From Phoronis australis (Eukaryota; Animalia; Phoronida): a DNA stretch of 64,000 nt. Location: NCBI GenBank assembly GCA_002633005.1, contig NMRA01000039.1, positions 848,335 to 912,334 of the forward strand. The letters run 5' to 3'. Shown here piece by piece: positions 13,340-26,600 of the stretch. Numbering within the stretch: position 1 is the first letter of the stretch; each line of letters opens with the position of its first letter. The position numbers and the translations under genes were made by a program. The notes beneath the pieces were generated by a model. That model did no database searches and had not been told where the DNA came from. It was given only the letters and a program-made list of their open reading frames with translations.

Positions 13340-15520
13340 TTGAATGCACCAATTTTGATGTAACATACACTTTTAAGACCATACGCAGGCTCCAGGATCC
13401 CCACAAGTTATGCATTGTTATTACGTGACCACCAAGCAAAATAAATTGCCCCGCCAAGAATTGACAGTTCACTCGCCTCTGACTGATAATCGATAAATAT
13501 TCTCGACGAACACAAACACTGATGCATTATAAACTAATAGGGAATCAGTGGAAATCTGAAAAAAATGTCTTATAACAGTCTTATTCTCGGCAACTCAAGA
13601 TTCCTCCTCGTACGGGCGTTGACGTGAACTGCGTCGTTTTCTCATAAACTCAGTTCATTTTTGCGAGTAATATAGTTCTTTTCTCATAAACCACAATTCC
13701 GTTTTTACGAACGCAGATTTTTTTCGTAAACTGCATTCCGTTTGGCGGCTAACATTAAACAAGAGATACTCGTGCTTTAGTGGGTAGGAATCTATTAGTA
13801 TCAAATCTGTCTGTGTATTTAAACTGGCTGTGAAGAATTGAATTAGTAAGAACGGAATTGCCGCACATGAAAACAGAAAAAGTGCTAAGGAAAACCCCGG
13901 CGTGAGGTTTTAGTGGTGAAAGGGTAACATTGTGCCTACTTTATTTCAGCCCGACATCATTCTCGTTTGCCAGTCTTCATGACGGACAACTGTCAAATTA
14001 ACACTAGGCAGGACTGGTGTGTTTCCCCATACTGAGGGCAGGCCTTTAATGGGCCCACTGCAATAACCAGAACGTTGTAAACGCAAGTTGCCAAAAATGC
14101 TTCCATGTCAGGCGAATATTGGAATTTTTACGGTACGTGTTTCGAAGCCCTGGATAGGTTTGAGATAACCGCCTCTCAGAAATGATTGTTATCTTCACAT
14201 GATGACGTGACGCGCTGGATGATCAGATTGTGACAGTTAGATGCTTTAGCTCTGGAATTCCCGGGGTTCTATTTCACCTAACTGGCAAGGGTGCCGCCTC
14301 ACTTTGAAATCTGGATTAAAGGGACATTGTCGGATAGAAAACTAATTTCCTGAGAACAGCCTTGAATCTAGTGGAACCTCTGCGGTAGTAGTCAAATGTT
14401 ACCGTGTAAATAGCAGGCGTATTTCATATAGCAGTTAAAACTGACTAAGCCACCGATCTTCGGTGTTATGTCTGGCAGACAGCAGCAAGAATTGGCGTTT
14501 TGTAATAAGGTCGCAAAATCACAACAGATTTTGTTATTACAGTCATAGCTTTGAACAATACTCGCCAAAAACGTGTTTTTTTTTGTCATAAAACCATTCA
14601 TGCCTCTTTAACACATTACCAGGGAAACCGGGAATGAGCTGGGTGGTCGAAACACTACTAAAAGATGATAAATTCTACCAAAGACAACCTCTACTATTTC
14701 CCACATTGATGTTCATATCAGACAACGCTTCGCGCATGCCGAACACTTATAATTTAGAACGCACTTGTGTTGGATAACGTAAACCCACGTTTTAACCTGA
14801 GTTTTAACTAAGGCCAACGTGAACTGCGGCTGCCCGTCACCTCCGATCCGATATCTGTCAGTGACGAGCATAGTTTTCATAACTTGTTCTTTTACATAAA
14901 AATTATCGCCTACTCACAAATACACGTCGATTCCCTTAGTTTCTCTTTGTCTGTTACGAGTGTCTAGTGCTCGAGATTCGGTGCTGAAGACAGGCACACC
15001 GGCGAAATTTTGATAACATTCCCTGTCAGCAGGTAACACCTGGATATGTAGACTTGTACACACGCATGGGCCTACACTTGAAAAGATAACAAAAAATGGG
15101 CAGGAGTCTCACTTGCGCTAAAGGGACGTTGTCGGTTTTACCGCAGAAAAAAGTATTTTTGAGATTACTTGAAGAGCTACAAAACATCAAAATCCGTTGT
15201 TTTTGCGAGCCAGTTCATGTCATTGTCTAACTCAAGACCGATGTCTTTACCAATCACATATGATTAAACACCGCGCCGCTTATTGAGTGAGGTTTACTTG
15301 CGCTAGCAGCCCGGCCACAGCTACTTGTGGGACTATTCCGCGTTGCGGATGATTTCGGAAAATCAGTGTTCTCGCCGATATAATAATATTATGACTTAAA
15401 GTTTCGCGTACAGCCATATTCGCGTCTATTCATAGTGCACGAATTGAGTATTTTTGTGAGTGTCATTTTCGACACTTTCCATTCACTGAAATAGTTAGCT
15501 ATGTAGGCTACTGGAGTACC

Positions 15521-15672
15521 CAGTGGCGGATTTGGGGGGAGGCAAGGGGGCCATGGCCCCTAAAATTCTCCCAGACTCCATTTGACAGTTCGGGAGTGCG
15601 AATGTATGGCGGGCAAAATCCTGGCTAATACTCTGCCCTGCCCCCCCNNCAACGGCGCCATGCCCCCCCCCC
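15521..15672. mobile_element. Inverted partial copy of the 13166-13339 MITE
   Basis: cagtggcggattt...ggcaaaatcctggctaatactctgccctgcccc is the reverse complement of 13200-13339. Confidence 0.65.
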
Positions 15673-16151
15673 TACTCATAGTCGAAACCCTGTTCATTGC
15701 TAAATACACCTCCGCGGTCGCTCGCAACAGCTTCGCGTCTGGTCCCCAACCTAGTGTTAACTATTGTGACTGAAGTAGTAGTGGTATGTAGTATTTATTT
15801 ATCAATAGTATAGTGACAAGTACAATTAAAGCAAACAGTTATAGGTATAACATTCGTAAGAAAGATAAGTACCCAGCCCAGTTGGGCTTATTAGTCACTT
15901 AAACCACGCAACTCAGATGTGGGCCTACCATAAGTGCGTCGGTTTCTAAGAAAACGGCAGCGGCGATAGATCAATTGAATACATGTCAGTGTTAAAACCG
16001 TTTTCTATCGTAAATGTTAAACTGCAATCAAGCGCTCAAAAACTATGCTCCTTGGTATTGCAATTGAAAGTGCGTCGTATATAGGCACATTACATGTAAT
16101 TCCGAGCGCAGCTTTGCAATACAGGCGCCTGGGCCTAAATACCGGGAGATA

Positions 16152-16487
16152 CCGGGATTTTCCGTAGATGAGCCCGTGGGCATGTATTCGGAAAATGAAA
16201 AATTTCAGACGTTTTGGTAACACCAAATAAACGCCCGGGCGTCCATTCAGAAGAAAAACGTGTAAACGGAAAGTCACAGGTTTCATGACTTTGACATTTC
16301 TTATTTAAAATGTATTTTTAAATTTTATGTCAATACATGCATAGTTCGCCAGCGCTTTGTTTGTTAATGCTCCACAAAATTGAATTTGTGACTAAACGAT
16401 GCCGCTTAGTGGGCTTTTAAGATGAAATTTTCCAAATAAACGCCCATGGGCGTGTCATCAGATGGGCTTATCTACAGAAAACCCCGG
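16152..16487. mobile_element. MITE with TA TSD (Tc1/mariner-like)
   Basis: ta|ccgggattttccgtagatgagccc...gggcttatctacagaaaaccccgg|ta. Confidence 0.7.
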
Positions 16488-16624
16488 TATGTACAACCAT
16501 AGAACAGAGTTCTAGTGTACAGCCAACCTTGAAGCACTGATTCCCTACGAGCATCATATCAAAATTGACATTTTAAACGTCAATTTTAAGATAAAACTTA
16601 AATTTGTCTCATGACCGTTTCAAT

Positions 16625-16683
16625 AGAGAGAGAGAGAGNNNNNNNNNNNNNNNNNNNNNNNNAGAGAGAGAGAGGGAGAGAGA
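16625..16683. repeat. (GA)n microsatellite containing a small gap
   Basis: Direct reading of the sequence. Confidence 0.9.
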
Positions 16684-18533
16684 TCTTTTGAGTTTGACAT
16701 AAGTGTTTGACTTAAGTTTTGTCTTAATCTTGACTATCTTACCCGATATGGAAGTTTTAAAGTTTGGAAATTGAGACAAATCTTGGACTTAAGTCGAAAA
16801 TGAACTCTTAAAGTCAGTTTAATGGAACGGGGCCCGTGTCTACAAGTTATCTCGTCACGGCGTGTCGTTTTAATCATTAAGAATGGTTTCGAAGAGATAA
16901 GAAACTGTCAGGTCTTCGCAAGACCCCAAATCGCACCACACCTAAGTAAGGAACAAATTGTGACTATTATAGCAGCAAGGGGTCAAAATACAAATCTTGT
17001 TTACTTGACACAATGCAGGTTTATTGCCAAAATATTTTCTTGGGAGAGGGGTGGTCAGTGGGAGTGACATCTGCTGGCATAAAATAGTCTTGTGTTTATT
17101 ACGTATGTTAAATACAAAATTAATTAGAGATAAGACAAATCAGTGATTTAATGTCCGCACGAAATCGCAAGTTGATATTAAAATGAACTCATTGAACAAA
17201 GCTCGCAAAACCTGTGAAGTATTCACGGCGACAAATCCCAATTATTTCGTACTAATTGCCCAAATGGACGTTTTTCGACTTTTTTATGTTGACTGCAATT
17301 TTAGGGGAATTTCAGAAAACAGGTCACCCTAAATATAGTCATGGGCCTCCATTAGGAAAGTTATTTGAACATAGTCTGTCCATGGCCCAATGACATTCCG
17401 CCGTCAAAATCATAAAAATCTACCGATTGTAGGGTTTCCGAAAATGAGCATCGCCAACGAGTGTATAACAAAGGTCTGAGAAACGAAACACACCGAATTT
17501 CAGCAGACATTTTGCCTTATCTATCTATAAGCCCGCCCGTTCATCGCAAAAACAAACTTTTAGTTAAGGGCACCCACCCTCCCCAAACTGTGGTCGCAAA
17601 TTGCCCCTTAAATCGGAGGTGATTTCAGAGCTTCGAGAGAACTTGCAGTTGTTATTGCCCGAGAACAGGCCAAACAAGCGGGTTGTCATTTAACGTGCAT
17701 GACATAGTCTCAACTTTTAACGCACTGCAAGTTCTTTGCAAACTAATTTTTTATCTCATCCGAGTAAGGAACAAGCCGAGAGCAATTTTACGGCGGCGAG
17801 TGGTCTAATTCAAAGTTCGACCCTAGAAAGGAAAGCGAGTTTATGCCGCTTTACTAGGTGTAACTTAACATGTAAAAATGGAATTTCCTAAATATACGCT
17901 CTGGACAAGTAGGTAAAAATTGAACGAGTGTTGTTTTACATCTATACAATCCAAACTATGCTACAAAATAAATATAAAGTTCTTAATGTCCATTTTTGTT
18001 GAGAAATATGACACAATGAAACAGCACGAGTCAGTCGTACTGACTAAATAGGCAAAGTACAGTACATTATTAACACCATGCGCTTTCCATGAGAGACATT
18101 AAAGGTAGATTTCGCCGCTGTTAGCTGTCAATGTTGAAATCTTAACGGAAACCCTTTCGGGTTTAACAACATTACCAATTTTATCGCATCTTGAATTGCT
18201 GTTGAATGCACCAGCAATCCATGGACCATTTTCAAATTCGCCAAGGTTGGGCCAATCCCAATTTACTCTGTGTGTCGCTGATGGTTTCATGTTATCGTTG
18301 GTAACAGATATCAAGCTTTACCACGACAGGAATGTTGAGACCGATTTCACGAAAATTACAGGCTCAATACTCTTTTCGTTTTGTTGGAAGCTAAATACTG
18401 AGGAAAGGCAATTTTGTAAGAAGAACTTACAAGGTAACCAGCTTTATGATGATATAAAACCAAAACAAGATGGATATTCACAACAGTACTTTAACAGTAC
18501 CACTGCTGCTCTAAAACAAGGCTGGCTAGGGAT

Positions 18534-18582
18534 ATACATACATACATACATACATACATACATACATACATACATACATACA
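18534..18582. repeat. (CATA)n microsatellite
   Basis: Direct reading of the sequence. Confidence 0.95.
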
Positions 18583-19189
18583 TGCACACACCCACCCACA
18601 CACATGCATAGGTACATTCATACCAACACATTACTTTACAACTACCAAAGAGTGATCCTTCTGATCTAGCTCAGTGAGGTGTAATTCAAACCATAACACC
18701 CAGGGTCTGTCTCATGAAAAGAGACTCAAGCCTTGTTTTAAGCCCCACATGACTGTTTCTTACAAATAATTAAATCTCATTTTACCAAATGTGTAAAGTA
18801 TTAGTCACTTTTCTAGCAAAAGACCCCCCACAATTATATGTTCAAACTTCATTCTTCCAAAGGTCTAGAGTTATACTGGAATTGAGTGTAACCTGATCTG
18901 TATACCTGTGCATTTGGCCTAGTATCCACATGGTTATAAAATTGTGCTGAAAGTGTGTTTGGATTCTATACCAGTCTCCCATCAACTGCAAAGTCATGCA
19001 ACCATATATTTTTAAGTTAAATTTACCAAAAAAGAATGGTACACTGATTCATTGCAAAACAACTGTACAAACAACCAGACAAAATGAAATGTCACATATT
19101 TTTAAATTATCTTTGTCTCCGTGTTTAAATAATTAATAATTTTATTATAAAAGTCCAAAAGTTTCTGAGAACAGTGTAACCAGCCATTT

Positions 19190-19481
19190 CTGGGATTTGT
19201 TTCACAAAAAAGTGACTTAGGACTTAAGTAAAAAAATGACACCATGCGCTCCACATAACCATTTCTGAAAAATAATTACACCTCACCTCTCAGCTAAAGT
19301 ATAGCCCTTCTAAAAGTATATACATGACTGCTAGTTGCTCAGGTACTTTTCATACATTATTTCTAAACTGTGATGTGCAGGAATTACATGGCAAAAATTT
19401 CATTTCCTAATTTTGAAGTAGTAGTAAAGATGAAGATTACCCACTTAAGTCCTAAGCCACTTATCATGAAACACACCCCTG
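19190..19481. mobile_element. MITE with ~40-bp imperfect TIRs downstream of, or within the 3'UTR of, MCRS1
   Basis: gtttcacaaaaaagtgacttaggacttaagt versus acttaagtcctaagccacttatcatgaaac. Confidence 0.65.
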
Positions 19482-20552
19482 ACGTATGGTCTTCCAAGGC
19501 GAGACAAACACAAACATTGACATTTTCGTAAAACTACCCATCAGGTCAAACACTTCCGTTACTAAAATGATAATGACTAAAAAAACTTATAAGTTGATTC
19601 TGTCAAGATGACACCGTGAGACCGTTCTACTCATTCCTTCGCACATAATACAAGACAAAAGCAAATGGACAAAATATTGTTAACAGCTAAAAATGACCAA
19701 AAATGACCTGCATGGCGGCGAAATTCCAATTACATTAAGGGGTTAGCTAATTCATCAGATGTCCCGATAATTCCGCTCCATTCTCTGTCATAAGGGAGGG
19801 TTACTGTGACGAAGAATTCGACTTCCTCCCAGTTGCCATGATGGGAATTGTGGGTCCTTTTGTGTAGATAATTCTGCTGTCTACTGTGCATAGGCCAGGC
19901 TGGTGAGATTCAGAAGTTGACTGCATCAAACCACTGCAAACCAACACAGAAGGACACCAAGATACTGATAGACCCTCGTTCGCCCAGAAATCTCTTCACT
20001 TCCAACTTTAAAGTTGACATATCAAACACACTCAGTCCCTGCTTTATTTGACATTATTGCATTGAGTAAGTCTCCTAATCTCTCAATGGCGAGGGAACAC
20101 CACTATCAGAGACAGCCATCACAGTCAATTGATTTCATGCTCAGTACCACAGGCGAAGGTCAAGATGGGAGAGCTCAGTCACTTCTGTATTGGTGTAACG
20201 AATGCATGCGATTGTCCTTCCAACTCCATTAAATGACAGACGCGGTCAGGTGGTGACTTCAGTGATGCATTACATAACGTCAAACATTTGTGAAGCACCT
20301 TCAGCACGTACTCTTGGCTTATGGAATGGAAATAATCATTCTGCTCCCACAATTCAACAGTTCAGCTTTGCTGTCCAATCACTTCAGTGGCAGCCATTTT
20401 ATTAGTCTACCCTTCAAAGGTCAGCCTCAAGCATACTTGCGCAACGCTGGCTTTTCACTCGCATGATTAAACACAGTCTCGTTGATCTGGCTAATTTCAC
20501 AAGAAACTTGACCTACCACGACTTCTCTCCTCCAGTTTGACGGCAGTCACTA

Positions 20553-20633
20553 CTAGCTCAGCTTTTGAGATTCATTTCGTATGGCACTGATAAGGTCCTG
20601 GTTGATCAAAAATATGAACCGTAGTCCACTAAT
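20553..20633 (-). CDS. MCRS1: MCRS1 last coding exon (ISGLRFIFLINQDLISAIRNESQKLS*)
   Basis: Conserved LRFxFLINQDLI; ttccag acceptor; TAG stop. Candidate AATAAA signals on the minus strand at about 20043 and 19141. Confidence 0.95.
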   Translation of the reverse strand: MSGLRFIFLINQDLISAIRNESQKLS

Positions 20634-23600
20634 CTGGAAGAGAAAATGGAAAATGAAGTCGTAAGCGTGCAGCTGGACATCGTCTTTGAAGGACAACTCG
20701 TAATGCATGTGTAAATGGACCGACGGGGCCCATTTCACTGAAGGACTTTAACTTTTTTGGTTGTGAGTCTGCATTAGACCTATGGCAATTAACCACGCTA
20801 TGACTTGTTTCCAAGATTAAAAAAATAAACTGAAAGAACTTCGGTCCAAAAAGTTCCCAACAACAAATTGACAAATTGAAGTTTTATCTTAAAATTGGCT
20901 TAAATTTAAGATTTCTCTGTGCTAAGTCAGTTCACTTAGAATGGGCCCCTGGTCTAAGTTGAGAGATGATTTTTAGGCTATCGCTTGGACAGTCGAGACT
21001 AGTTCTATAACAGTAACTGACTAAAATCAAGAGTTTTGTTCTTTTGATGCAAGGTAGTTTACAGCAGCTTTAGGTTATTTTCAAACTAACATTTTCTCCT
21101 GAGTAGTGTGCAAAACAACAAGTATTGCTGACCTCAGATATACAATTTGTATTTCCACTCATTTGTCTAATGGGAAACAAAGTTTAATGCACAACATTCA
21201 GTGCAGAAAGCTGGTTTTCAAAATGCGGGATACCTGTAATTATTACCAGTCAGACTAACCTTAGATATTTCTTGTTTTCTGTGATTTTTTTCTAGAATCT
21301 ACATTTTTTCTAGAATATATGTTTTTTTTCTGGCAACTCAATGTTCAGCGAACTTTTGGGGTCCTTCGCAGAATCTCCATAAGCTTTACGTTCTTTATAT
21401 TGTATTAGGTTCATGTGTATTGTGAATGAAGAGTATTACTACCACTGCAGCTGCTGCTACTACTGCTGCTGTTGTTACTATAGGCTGAGGTGGTACAAAT
21501 TATTGTCTAGAGCATTCAAACTGAAAATTCAGAGGTGGGCGGTAAGACGAACAAGGGTGTTTGAAAATCAAATTTTTGAGAAATCAATGGTGGGTGCTTT
21601 ACTAAAACTTACACTACAACTTAATGTCAAGAGAATTGCAGTTATGTCGGTAAGGTCACGTTCAATAGTCACATGAAACTTCCGCGGAATAAACACAAGT
21701 TAACTAATGGTGCGAGTTCAGGACCAGAAATTCTCTGTGGGTACTTTCAAGTGTTTAAAATAATCAATTTCATGCCAAAAACAACCCCAGCAGTCAATCA
21801 ATTATCAAATTAGAACGCCCACAAACACTATCTAATTAGCTTATCTCGAGTTAGCAGCATTCAGTGGTCGAAACATACTACGTAAAATGGAGACAACCAA
21901 TCACATCACTAATCATCCTGCTTTGTGTTTAGTGTGAAAAGTCGTCAGATATTGCTGTTTGTTTTCCCGTGGTTTATGGTATCATAAGGAAGAGCCAGGC
22001 ATTGTGTTTGTGGTGGTTGTGACAACTTAGTATTTGAGCACGCTGTGGTTTTTTCACTTTCCTGTGAGACAACAGAGAAGCGCGGACATGGCACAAGTTT
22101 GTTGGTAAATACGACACACTGGTGCTGGGTAGTTTACACCTCATACTCATCATCGTGGAGCTAAGAAACTTTCAACTGAACTCGTTTTTCTCTATTTCCT
22201 TAACCCTGTTTTTTGGGATATTGAATTTACGGATGTGATATGCATTGTTATAAAGAAAGGTATAATAATGATGACAAGGTAGTCACTCGTCAAAACAAGG
22301 TAAACGTGGTCTTAAGCACATTAAAGAGTAGGGCGGATAACTGAGCATGTGTACTTAAAAGTGAAACTTTTGAAAATCAGGCTTGACATTACCCCCAAAC
22401 AGTCCTGTCCACACACAGCCTACCCTAGAACAACTTGCACCATTGCAACTTACCCCACTTTTACGTGGACTGTCCACACACATATCTGATGACTAGGGTA
22501 AGGCGGAAGTTGTAACTCTGTGCGTGACAATGAACACCTAATGCGAATATGGCGGGCAAATGAAAACCTGTCTGTACGTAACCGCAGCTGATAATTGCAG
22601 CTACACAGGAATTAGAAATGGCACAAGTTACCTTAAAACAAGTTACCCCACCTCGATAATGTGGAGTAAGTTGTCACAAGTGGAGTAAGTTGCGCTAGTT
22701 TAAATAGCGTTCAGACAGCCCTCAAATCTAGCGACAACTTGTTTCTGGAGTAACTTGTTCTAACATAAGTCTGTGTGTGGACAGCACTGTAAGCACCAAA
22801 CTAACCCTGACAAGTACTGTTACCACATATAACTGGTTGGCATGTAAACGCCACTTTAAGGGACAATTTCTGCCTCTCACCTCCACTACAGAGTTGTTAT
22901 TGAGTTTCTGTTTCGTGCCAATCAGCACAGGTTTGCCATCGATGTAAATCGGCCGTTTACCCTCGTTGGCCACATAAAAGTCTCCATTGTTGCGCAGTTT
23001 AATGACGCCCTGCCGCCGGGAGATCTTCCATGCAGGTCCCTCCAGTGACAGGTCCACATCAATCTGGTTGTCCTTGGTAGCACGTCCGATGGTAATCTAA
23101 AATGGACATTCACTCGCATGTTTTATTTACAAAAACTTCATATCATGGCTATAAAAAGTGTCGTTTTGATAATTATTTTCCAAAAAGACGTTTCCTCCTT
23201 ATCCATAACCTAAACCACAAAATCTGTAAGCTCTCACCAGTGCACAATATGGAGGACAAGTGAAATTCCATTTCCTCCATTTTTTTTAGTAAAATATGTA
23301 GGACCAAAAATATCAAATGTTAAATGCTGCACCACACCTATCTTCAGATCTTCAGACAACGTTTTCAGACATTGTGGGCAGCTTTTCCAAATTTAAAAAA
23401 GAGTTTTGTCAATCATACTTGTCCGAGAGGTGAGACTTTACCATAATTGTCCAGTCCACTCAATAAGAAAAAAATTGTCTTCAATCTTTCTATACCGATA
23501 TTGGAAATACCTTGTCTCAATTCAGAGCACAAACTAGAAAGATGTGTGTAATATTACAAACAAGGTTGGTCAACGCTTCCAAGTTTGGACTGCTCCATGT

Positions 23601-26600
23601 CAATAGGAAAATGACCTCAAGTACCATTACATGCCACATCCAACCAGTAAGTGTGAACCCTTCTTACTAGCTGGGGTTACAATATCCACTCTTGGACTTT
23701 CGACAGGCGTTTTTGCTTGGGTATCAGGGAAGCAGAGACAGGGGTCAGTGATAACTAATGCCTGTTCTTGGCAACATTCTTTTCCGCCCATTCTAGAAAC
23801 TACGGACAATGAAAACTGAATCAGTCATTAAAAATTGAACTTTTCATAGTAGTAGTAGTAATACACTTTATTCACGCTACGACAAAAAAGACAATTAATA
23901 CAAATTTACGCTTATGGAAACTCCGTGAAGGACCCGAAGGGTTCGCTGACCACGGAGCCACCAGAGAATAAAAAAATACAGTGTTACAGATAATCAGAAT
24001 TACAAAAATTAAGTGATAATGTAATTTAAAACTACTTGTGAAAAGACCAGGAGAGATTATCAAAAATAGTTACAAAGCAGTTGGGAATAGTGCACTCAAG
24101 TTCATAATTTTCAAAACAAACATTTAAACGCAAACAATCAGTTAACAACAGATGAAAAAAGAACTATGGCATATCGAAACTACTGTTCCTTTGTTTAACC
24201 AACACAATGAAACAACTTGTCTCTTGCAATTTTGATGTCTGTCAGTAATCATCATTTTTATATTTATTGTTATTATAATTGTTAATCTTTCCCCATATAA
24301 TGTTATCCATTTGCGGACTGTTACTGTATCACTTTTCGTTCAATTTCATAAGACGAAATAAATAGTTATCTACGGACACAACTTGATTTGTGAACACTGC
24401 CCCTTGACACAGTGATCTTGATACCCCTAACGAATACAGTCCGAAATTTGAAGTGGGGAGCGTGTCATGCGTTATGATGGAACATCACCAAGATAAGGAT
24501 TTGCATGTTTGTGCGCTAATGAGGACGAAATACCCTTTAAAACAGCTATAAACCCAGCATCCATACGAAATTGAGAAACTTACTGCTGGATAAAAACAAC
24601 AAGAGCAACGCGGAGCGGTGAAAATGCGCCCATGAATGCACCGCAAAAGGTTAGCTTAAAGGGTTGTTTATTCGTATCATAAAAATGGCCACAAGATAGC
24701 ACAAAATACGTCGAATCCATCCAAAAACGGGAACATGTCATCATTTTTTTAATAGAGAGTTATTTACTACATTTCATAGAAATCTGTCAAGGAACTTCAT
24801 AGAAACAAAGGAAAACTGAAAAAAATGAAACTGCCACTAGGGGCACTGCGTTCATTGGAGCAATCTGAAAGTCGTCTTCATCAGTTGTTAACTTCATGTA
24901 AATACACTTACTAAATATAATAAAGATGATGCAGTGGGCTTTGGAGATACAAAACAAAACTACCACTAGGTGGCGCCACAGCAGTCGAAGTCATCATTGT
25001 CAACTCTTCTCTTCACACGGAGAATATACACCGATTTTCAATATCATCCTTAGAATGGTTTGGTTGATAGAGTGAAGGACGTCAAAAAACAGACTCAAAA
25101 ACAGCAAAAATACATTGAAGCCATTCGAAAATGGGAGCATAGCGTCATCTCACCAATAGATGCCTATTCCAAATTTTATGACAATCCGTTGAGGACCTTT
25201 GAAGATACAGAGGTAAATGTAAAAAACTAAAATTGCCACTAGGGGGCACACCAGTAGTCAGATACGTCTGAAAGTCATCGTCGTTTGTTGTCAACTTCAT
25301 ATAAATACACTTGCTAAAGTAAGTAAAGATTCTGCAGAGGGTTTATGAGATACAGCCATGGGCGCAAAAAACAAAATTGCCACTAGGAGGCACCACAAAA
25401 TACCTTGAATCCATCCAAAAACAAAAGGATAGCGTCATCTCGATAAAAGATACCTATATGCCAAATTTTATGAAAATCCGTTGAGGACCTTTAAAGATAC
25501 AGAGGTAAACGTAAAAAATTAAAATTGCCACGAGGGGGAACACCGGTAGTCGGATCCTTCCGAACGTGCAAAATTTCATGAACATACGCCAAAGGATTCT
25601 GGTGATAAAGCAACGAATGCCGGATGGTCAAATAAATATGTGGGTGCATAAAAATCGAATTACAAGCCTTTATGTATCATGAAATCAGTCTCGTAAATAT
25701 TCCTCAGCTTGGTAGGATTTATTTCCGTTATGTTGTATTTTGCAGTGTTGATGCAGTAACTAACTCAACTCTATTTCTAGTATTAATTGCTCTTTGGAAA
25801 TAATAGAGAGGTTACGCAAAGCGACGTGAATGTGAATTAACACGCATACATAATTCTGCGTCATACATGCCGTTGTTGGCTGTGACATACTCCCAATAGT
25901 GTTTGCGTATTTTACCTGAATACAGGGAACTTTGCGTCTCTTTAAACGCGAAACCTGTGTCCTCTTTTTAATTATTTGGCAAGATATCGAAACAATTTTT
26001 TACTTTTGACAGGATTCTCAGTCTTTCTTTTTTGCTTCAGTATAAAATAAACACGATTCTTTTGTCTATAAATGTTCTTAAAGTCTAGCTGCCGGGGTTC
26101 GCTGGATATAATCGAGCTAAAATGGATTTTTAACTGATTTTGGGTTGTCAAAATTTTATATGCTTAATTTACTTGCATCTATTTATTTTAAACTGCAAAT
26201 AAATTTCGCATTCTAAGAGTTGATCATTTTTAGCAGGAGTTTGTCGAAACGACTTTTTTCACATTCAACATATATTTCTATCTTGTATATCTGTAGTGGG
26301 TATCAGGAATTCCAGTTATGTAGTACATATCATGTACTACGATAACTGGACATTCTGAACTCAGTCATTCAGTTCACGTTTACTTTCACGTCCATGTAAA
26401 AATATAGCTGTCGTGAAACCTATTTTTGTTACTGCAACGTGAATCGGCACGTGCAATTCAGTATGTGTGATAATTCACGTTCACGTCGCTTTGCGAAACC
26501 TCTCTAATGGCCCAAAGCCAAAACTGAAAAATCTGACGATGTAAATCATTTCATTGAGGCCAAGCAAAACACTGAAAAACACAGCTGTGACAACAGAGTG

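Noticed and set aside
18196-18669. 157-aa plus-strand ORF
   Set aside because: Non-ATG start, runs through a (CATA)n microsatellite, and has no recognisable domain or splice support.
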